Positions 54,461 through 64,000 of a stretch of 64,000 nt of DNA are shown piece after piece. The position numbers were made by a program, and so were the translations under genes. The stretch lies in NCBI RefSeq assembly GCF_009914755.1, contig NC_060927.1; one strand, 5' to 3'. The notes beneath the pieces were generated by a model. That model was not told the DNA's origin and did not search any database. It worked only from the letters and a program-made list of their open reading frames with translations. The stretch is from the human T2T-CHM13v2.0 reference genome, Homo sapiens. Every line of letters starts with the position of its first letter. Positions within the stretch are counted from its first letter, which is position 1.

Positions 54461-56628
54461 TGCAAATAATTTCCCTTAAGAGTATAGGTTCAGCAATTAA
54501 ATATTATTGGGCAGAGAACCAATGAGACTGAAAATTGTTGATGCTCCATTCCATCTTTGGGACTGCATTCAGACCACACTCCTCTGGCTAGGCGACCATT
54601 TGAGGCTTCCTTCTTCTTAATATCCCATGCTGCCTTCAAATCTATGAGTCCTGGATATCCTTCCAATAAGCTGTTTTTGCTACTAAGGTAATTTCTGTTG
54701 CTTACAACTCAAAACTAATAGTCACTGAAAAGATCACAAGACAGGTTGAGAAACAGGGTCGTGAACAGCTAGAAAATGGTAGTAGGATTAGAACCCATGC
54801 AGTCTGACTCTAGAGCTCTCCTCACTGCTGAAAAAGGTTGTGACATGCCCGTGAGTACCATGGCTCATAGGGTGAATTCCAGCAGTTGCTGTGCTGTCTG
54901 ACTTTGATCAAGGCTTTACTAATGTGTCACCCTCAAACCAAAATATGTCCATGCTTCCCGGTCATTATTTAAAGGATTTCCCCAAGCAGAAACATGACAG
55001 TTGGCTACAAGGGTTGGTAGAGGTTTGTGCACAGAACCAGCCAGTCTCTGGGGCACCTACAAGTGTCAGTTCAAGCTGGACACACAGTGGCAGATGAGCT
55101 GGCCACTGGAAATTAATGGTTTTCCTGGGGTAGTGCCCCTAAATGACCTTGGAACTCAGTCAGCTTCCAGTTTGAATAATGCCCCCATCTCCTCTCCCCT
55201 CTTCCCTACCCAGAGGCTTATCTAGTTCTGGAGAGTAGAATCACTCACCCTGCAAGCATACGTCTAAAATCTTTGGGCCAGAAGCCTCTTTCCCTGAGTT
55301 TAAAGTCTCTGTTGTCACTTCCAAAGTGAATGACTCAATCCTGGGGGAAGAAAAAGGCCTCAAGAGAACAAGTACCAAAGCACAGGGGGAGGGACACCAT
55401 TCAGCTGGAGTTCTCATTGTGCCCTATGACCTTCCCACAAAAAGCACAGCGATAAAGTTTCCTTGTAAACCCAAAAGAGAATGAAATGGGTATAAATACG
55501 TTGCTGGAGTCCAGCGAAGAACCCAAGAGAGTTTCTTTGACTGTGTTAGTTACGGATTTCTCACACATACAATAACAAGTTTCTGGCTTTCCTGGCACAT
55601 ATGTTTGAGCAATGTGTTGCTATATCTCTGACAGTTGGTGACATTTCCTTTGCAGTCAGCAAGATTCATAAAGGGGCTGTGTGTCCAATGAAGAAATTAA
55701 CATCCTAAGTCCCTGTATTTGCTATTAGTCATCATTTATGCCTTTATACAAAAAATATTCACCGAATACCTACTCTATGTTCAGCCCCAGCAGACACAAA
55801 GATGAATCCAAAGCAGTCCCTGCTCCCTCAAAGGACAATACATGTATCTAAATAACTATATTACCCAGTGATATTATTAATTAGAACAATTGCAATTAAC
55901 ATGTATTTGAGGACTCATATCGTGCCGGGGACTATTCTCAATACTTTTTATGGAATATCTCTTCTATCTAATCCTTGCTGGAGCTCTGTTATTATACCCA
56001 TTTTACAGATAAGGACCATGAAGAAGTTATATATTCCCAAGATCATAGTAGTACAGTAAGAATGGAGACAAAGTGCTTCTGGATTCTAGGAGAGAGATGT
56101 TAGTCCCACAGAGGGATGCCAGGAAGGTTTTGGAGTAGAGACAGTGTGTGAGCTCATCCAGTTAGTGTACAGTCTACTCAGCTGGTGTTACGGAAATGTG
56201 AGCATACTTCTTTTGTGAATCTCACCCTCACGAATCATTGTTAACCTACATCACTCATCTGAAGAGTTGCTTATGCATCTGCAGGCACTGATAACAGACT
56301 TAACATGAAGACCTTAGGCTTATATTGATCTGTCTTCAAAGCTTGATAAAGTTTATTCTATTGGTCTGTTGTGTTTGAGATCTGAAAATTCAGTAAATCA
56401 ATTAAACCCAGGGAGAGAATTGACACAGAGTTAAAAGATCAATTGAAGAAATGGATACCTTGACGAATTTACCTTTTTGCCCAAAGGCCCTTATACAATC
56501 AGAATTTTTCAAATGAGTGAGACCTTGACATAAACTGATCTATCACTTTCAACTTACAAATGAAAGAATGAAGGTACATAGAGGTAAAAAGACTTGTCCA
56601 AGGGTACACCCTTATCTTGGCACCCTTA

Positions 56629-57630
<1,002 letters not shown>

Positions 57631-57746
57631 TACCAACTTTTATTTCACTATTATTTTTTATTAGCTAGTAACAATTCCCACTGCAACTAGTAAATTCTTT
57701 AATGCTGCACTGGTAGAGGAATGTCCATCAACTGTCTGAGGCCTAA

Positions 57747-58063
<317 letters not shown>

Positions 58064-58544
58064 GCCTAACATGACTTTCTTACTCTTCATGCTTTTATTT
58101 GCTCCACTCAATAGCTTTGATGGAATATCACCTTTGGGAAAACAGAGTAAAGAGAATAGGCATTTTTAGAGGAGAAGTCACCGTGAATGACAGAAAGGGC
58201 TGCCTTTCTTGGAGGTGCTCCCCTTTGGTGAATAGGAAGGAACAGGAAGCTCCCTCACTCAAAGCACAGGAAGAATGTGCTATTACCACCAAGCCGGGGT
58301 TGGAAACAGCACACAGAAGCTGAAGGCCTTGATACCACGACCCTGGGGGCACCAATGAAGGAAGGGAAAAAGGAAAGAGATCAATGAGAAAGCTCTACAG
58401 TCATCTATTCTGGGGGCTTTTCAGGGGCCACAAGGTGACTTTCCCTTTCTTTCCCAGAGTCTGAGACTGGACACCTTCTCTTGGTCTTAGACTGCCTGTA
58501 GGGCAGTCCATATATATCTACTGTTAGGTATATTGTCATAATAG

Positions 58545-58790
58545 ATAACTATTTAATTAGCACAGACCACATGTCAGGAATTGTGCTAAGAATTTTATAT
58601 CTATTATTTTATTTTAATTCTCAGGACAACCATGTGAAGTTGGAATGACTAGTCCCATTTTACAGATGAGGAAAGTGAGACATAGAGATGTTAAGTAACT
58701 TGTTCATGGTCACCAAACTAATTGGCAGAGCCCAATTTGAACCCAGTTCAGTCTGATTTTAAAACCCAAGTAATTAGCCACTGAACTCCA
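58545..58790 (-). mobile_element. MIRb
   Basis: CCCATTTTACAGATGAGGAAAGTGAGAC...GTTAAGTAACTTG...TTTGAACCCAG. Confidence 0.85.
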
Positions 58791-59094
58791 CTACCTTTTA
58801 TATGACTGAATATGAATGCTGTGAATGTGAGTGAATAGTAAATTAGCATGAAACCCCTTCCAAATCTAACCCCTCATTGAGTCTATTTTGTAATATCATG
58901 GATTGATTACAGGCATTACATGCCAATTATTCAAGGAATTCCTGCAGTCTTTAAATGTTTGCCAAGTGTAGATCCTCCATGCTCCCCAGCAAATTCTGGA
59001 GGGAAGAGAGAATCCATATTTAGAACTTTGGTTACCAATTGCACCAGTCTTTTATTTTTTGCCAACCTGTTCAAGCTCATGTTTCAGCAATTAA

Positions 59095-59422
59095 AATTGT
59101 CCCTCTGTATTTGCTGGGTATTGATTGCAGGACCTCCCACAAATACCAAAATCCATGGATGCTCAAGTCCCTTATATAAAATGGGGCTGTGTTTTTCACA
59201 TAACCTACAACACATTCTCCTGTATACTTTAAATCATCTCTAGATACTTATAATATATTCAATGTAAGTCGTTGTTATACCATATTGTTAGAAAATAACA
59301 AGAAAAAAGTCTATACATGCTCAATACAGACGCAACCATCCATATTTTTTTCCCAAATATTTTTGATTCACAGTTGGTTGAATCCACAGATGCAGAACCC
59401 ACAGACACAAAAGGGCTGACTG
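59095..59422. mobile_element. MER2 (TcMar-Tigger)
   Basis: ATACCAAAATCCATGGATGCTCAAGTCCCTTATATAAAATGG...GTTGGTTGAATCCACAGATGCAGAACCC...GACTGTA. Confidence 0.88.
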
Positions 59423-59537
59423 TATTACAATTGTTCAGATGTATGTATGTACATTTACTCCTCCCACAATGTCCAGTGATTCCCCAACTTTGGTGTGCAT
59501 AAGTCTTACTTGGAGAGCTTATTAAAAGCAGAAATGT

Positions 59538-59876
59538 TGCTGGGTGCAGTGGCTCATGCCTGTAATCCCAGCACTTTGGGAGGCTGAGGCGGGTGAATCA
59601 CCTGAGGTCAGGAGTTCAAAACCAGCCTGGCCAACGTGGTGAAACCCCGTCTCTTCTAAAAACACAAAAATTAGCTGGGGGTGGTGGCAGGTGCCTGTAA
59701 TCCCAGCTACTCAGGAGGCTGAGGCATGAGAATTGCTTGTACCCGAAGGCGGAGGTTGCAGTGAGCCAAGATTGTGCCACTGCATTCTAGCCTGGGCGAC
59801 AGAGCAAGATTCCATCTCAATAGATAGATGATAGATAGATAGATAGATAGAAAGATAGATAGATAGATAGATAGAT
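59538..59876 (+). mobile_element. AluSx with (TAGA)n tail, inserted into a MER5-type element (~59473-59920)
   Basis: Alu dimer followed by TAGATAGATGATAGATAGA...; MER5 halves on both sides. Confidence 0.93.
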
Positions 59877-61239
59877 GCAAAAATGCCAAGGCCCCGCACT
59901 CTGAGATTCTGATTCAATAACATTGGTTTTCACCCCAGCACCTGTATTTTCAACATGCATGGTAGATAAAGCATACAATTGTTATATAGTTGCCCATCAT
60001 TCATTCCCTGACCTAAAATCTACCCAATTTTATTTGGAGGAATTGCTTCTTCCTGGCTTGGCTTGGTCCTGGTGGGAGGGCTATTCCAGGCACTCACCTC
60101 CATAGAAGCCAAATCCCCTTTTCCATGCATTGTTTAAACTAAGGATTTGGCATGTGACTTTCACTAGCCAATCATATTCCCTCTCTCAGGACTTTGAATT
60201 TTGAATAGAAGAACAAGCAGAGATGATGCAGCAGCTCAGCAGTGGTGTCCGTTACAATCATGAGACAATTTGGTGCTTTCTGTTTCTTGAGTTTCCTTAG
60301 CACCTCCTTGGTATCTCAGACTCCCCTCAGTTCTATGAACCTCTATCCTACCTGTCCAAATATCTTTTCAATAAGTGACTTTTTGCTCAAGTTACCCTAG
60401 TTGCTTTTTGATGCTTGCAACCAAAACAATACTCCAGGATACCTCAGATGATTCAGTTGTGAGTGATGCAAAGGCAGCTTTTGAGAAACATTGCCCTTAA
60501 TTTTCAGTGCTCCCCTACTTGATCATTTGGAGAAAAAGCATGTTATTCCTCTTGACTAGCTATCTCCAGCCATCATTTTCACATAAGTAAACTTGTTAAG
60601 TATTTTCAAAAGCATAGGGAGATCCCATTTGTATAATATTTAATTCTTCCTACTTTGCATATCATGCTTACAGTTTCTGCATATAATATGGATTTTTTTT
60701 TTTTTTTTTGCCTCGTTCACTATTAAGTTAGAGCTCCAAAATGCTTTTCTTGGGCTGGCAAACCCAGAATTACCCTCACTAGCTTTTCTTTATTGTGCAC
60801 CTCGGGAGCCTCTGTTAGTCTAAAAGTAGAGTAAGAGTTGGTAGAACCAAGTAGACATCTGACAAACCACTAATTAGCTGCCTGGTAGTGTGTTGATGTG
60901 GGCCATGACCTCAGGGAACTGATTGCAATGTGAAGATCCCTAGGAAAGCATTGAAAACCAAAAGACCGCCATTTTTAGCAACTCCTGATGAAATGATGAC
61001 ATTCCAATGATAATAATAGATACTAATTGTCCCCTCAAAGGAAGTTTCTATGGTAATAAATCCTTGGTCACAGATTTCTAGCTAAAGAGTTAGTCATTGC
61101 AGAACAAATTATAGTAGAACAGAATAAGGGCTGTAACCCTCTTTTCCCAGATAAGGCAATCTTATGTACTTTGGTATTACATAGTGTTGTTAACTAGTTC
61201 TAGATGCAGCAGTTTTGCTGATCTTGGGGTGAATGGACT

Positions 61240-61803
61240 TCCAGTGGTCAGTGGACTTCGGAGGCCAGCATTCATTATTTCTTTCTCAGAGGATGGCATC
61301 TCAATATTCCCCTGGGAGACCTCCATTCCCCCATTGTATTCTATGTAATTTAGGTGGGGTTGACACCAACTCCTTAGCTCGAGCGTTGGGCACAGAATTT
61401 AGGCCTAGTTACGGCATTCTATTTCCCTGGCCACACTGATGGAGTTAAGATGAACATATGACACAAGCCAGATCCATGAGACTCAGCTGGTCTTTTGCTA
61501 CATTGAGAAAAAGCTTCTTTCTGCTGAGTTTGTTGAGTTAGTTCAAGCCAGGCCATGTTTACCACCATTAAGTGAGAGTCCATTTAATAATCAAGTCAAC
61601 TCAGAGTAAAGTCAAGCCAAGGGACTGAGGAAGACAGATTCCTGATGTCCCTATGCAAGCCCCTGAATGCAGCCATGACTGAGGTTGCACTACCTACTGG
61701 GCTTTTCAATTACATCAGCCAATGGAGTCCTTTTTGGTTTTGCTTTCATTGTTTTTGAATTGGGTTTCTGTCACTTGCAACCACAAAACTTTGACTGATA
61801 CAC
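61240..61803 (+). mobile_element. MLT1K-like LTR
   Basis: ATGACACAAGCCAGATCCATGAGACTC...GGGTTTCTGTCACTTGCAACC...TGACTGATACA. Confidence 0.65.
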
Positions 61804-62959
61804 ATGGGAAGCAATAGATTGACTTCCACAAAGGTTATTTGATGAGATCATTAATCCATTAATCTGGAACTTCCTGAACTACTCTTTCTGGTCTATGAGG
61901 GAAAAGTGAAACAGGCATAAGAAAAGGACAGGAAGAGTTTATAATTGATTCCTCCTGCTACAAACACTTTCCCACACATTTCCCAAGCTATGTGGAAAAA
62001 TCTTGTTTTCTTGCCTTCCTTCTGCACAATGTTTTCAAATTCAGAACATATGCTGAAACACTCCAAATGAACTTGACTTCTGCTGCTTCTCTTTCTTTGG
62101 GAAACCACCTCATTTTTTGTGGACTAGCTGGCCTCCCCTCTCATCTTGACGCCTTTCTCCAGTTGTGATTTCTTTAAGAAATCCTGCCATGCCAAGGTCA
62201 TTAGCTTTAGCACCACCGTTACAGGGAAGGCAGGTCAGGTTTGCCTCCTCAAACTCATCCTGGTGTTCCCGCTCAGCTCCTTAATGCATTCACTCTCTAG
62301 TCTGTTAGGGACTCTAGTCTGTTAATATTGAATAGCCTTTCCCAGGTAATGGGATAGAGCTACTGAGCATCTCAACGAACCTCACTAGTATCATGTTATA
62401 AAGTCAATTTGCAGCTTATCACTATCCTTGATTCCTCGTGAGCAGTGTATTGCCAAACCCTGTGATCTCTGTCTCAAGGAGCTTAAAAATGAAATTCAGA
62501 TTGGTTAAAAGAAAACACACAGAGGCTTTCAACACCATTGGCCCCGGGTGTGGATAACACCAAGATCACCCGCTTTAGATATATAATAGAAAAATAAAGT
62601 CCAAAATCTTGAGGAGAATGGCTGTAGACAAAGAAGATTGAGAAAATGTAGAGGAAAAAATAGTAAAACCACTGGTCTTGTGACTACAAAGGAAAAGACA
62701 AGTTGGAAATTATGCTGGAGTTTCTGGCTTAGGAAGTTAGACATAAAGTAGAAAATACAATAGCCATGGATAAGAGCTGATAAATTTAAAAGTATCGCTT
62801 TTTTAAAAACCAGAAATAATACTGATTCACTTTAAAAATAGAAATTATCAAAATCACACTGCCCAAGTATAAACACAATTAAGTTTAACCTATTTGTTTA
62901 AATGGAATATTCTGTGATCATTCTTCCACATTGCTAAAAATTCTAAATGACTTTTTCAA

Positions 62960-63430
62960 ATTTATTTTTTCAGTTAATTGTTCAATATTTCAGGCATATC
63001 TAGAGGTATAAAGAATAATATAATGAACACCCAGTTTGAAAAAGAAATCATTACAAACACAGTTGAAGCTGTATGTATAGCCCTCTGTAGTAGCATTCCT
63101 CTTTTCCCCAGCAGTAACCATTTGCCCTCTAAAAATGATTTTTCCTGGTTGCATAATGTTCCATTATAGAAATGTAGCATAATCTATTTAACCAATTCCT
63201 TATTTTTGGGCATTTGGACTGTTTCAAATGTTTCATTATTATAAATAACAGTCTGATGAGCATCATTATGTATTTTTGCACACATATCTGTGATTATTTC
63301 CTAGAGACAAATTCCTAGAAGTAAAATTGCTATTCCCCAATGCTAAAGATATTGTGCTGCACGTTGCCAAATTGCCCTCCAGGAAAATTCTAACCAAGAA
63401 CACCTTATCCCACCCCCAGCCATTGTATGA
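62960..63430 (-). mobile_element. Old L1ME fragment
   Basis: TATTTAACCAATTCC...GGGCATTTGGACTGTTTC...TTGCCAAATTGCCCTCCAG. Confidence 0.6.
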
Positions 63431-63802
63431 AAGGACTTAGAAAATAGCTACACGTGAAACACTGGGGAAGCATCATAAATTATGTTTCTAATACACCTTT
63501 TCAACAGCCAAGCAGAGTGTCTGTTCCCCCCTAGGTGTAGGCTCTGTGCTTGGTACTGAGGATACAGAGGCCACTAAGGCCCTGTTGATCTAGAAGAGAA
63601 GAATAACACTGGAGTAGGGGGCAGGAGGTGTGCATGCTACTGGGCAACCTCGTAAAGTGCTTTAGAGCAATGCTTCCAGAGCCAGACCTCCATCTTGGGC
63701 AAATTATTTAACTTCTGTGTGCCCCAGTTTCCTTGCTTGTAAAATAGGGGTCATCAAATTTAATCAGCATAATCCATAAATCAGTAGTTCAAAAGATACC
63801 AT

Positions 63803-63940
63803 GGGCCAGGCACCATAACTAACACATATAATCCCAGCATTTTGGGAGTCCAAGGCAGCAGGATCGCTGAAGGCCAGGAATTCAAGATAACTGTGGGCAA
63901 CATAGTGAAACCCCATCTCTACAGACAAAAAGAAAATTAA
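63803..63940 (+). mobile_element. FLAM_C
   Basis: Left monomer; degenerate TSD AAAGATACCATG / AAAGACACAATG. Confidence 0.8.
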
Positions 63941-64000
63941 AGACACAATGCACAATGCCATTCACTTATTCACTTGGAGCATAGTGTTATTGACACACCT

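Noticed and set aside
55401-55598. ORF with YRCAFCGKV resembling a C2H2 zinc finger start
   Set aside because: Lacks the F...L..H...H completion and linker; isolated chance match.

Overview
Great-ape (most likely human) nuclear DNA; the AluY, SVA, THE1 and L1PA content indicates this. No intact protein-coding gene, tRNA, rRNA or CRISPR array is supported. The window is dominated by transposable elements: about 23 Alu/FLAM/FRAM copies, L1PA/L1M fragments, L2/MIR/L3 relics, five THE1 solo LTRs, MLT1/LTR33 LTRs, DNA-transposon fossils and one near-full-length ~2 kb SVA with a 17-bp TSD. Nearly all listed ORFs are repeat-derived or chance. The most notable observations are: (1) the SVA carries clustered sense-strand A>G changes that avoid 5'-G contexts, consistent with ADAR editing fixed by retrotransposition; (2) a repeat-poor block at ~3.1-5.4 kb holds a phase-compatible chain of exon-like segments that may be a decayed gene (low confidence); (3) a 20-nt poly(A)-tailed, TSD-flanked micro-retroinsertion; (4) two Alus inserted successively at one target site, next to an AAAAG>AAAGG>AAGGG>AGGGG pentanucleotide gradient; (5) an ETS/YY1-rich, CpG-retaining candidate regulatory element. 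Subfamily calls come from recalled consensus sequences, not a database search, and boundaries of old repeats are approximate.
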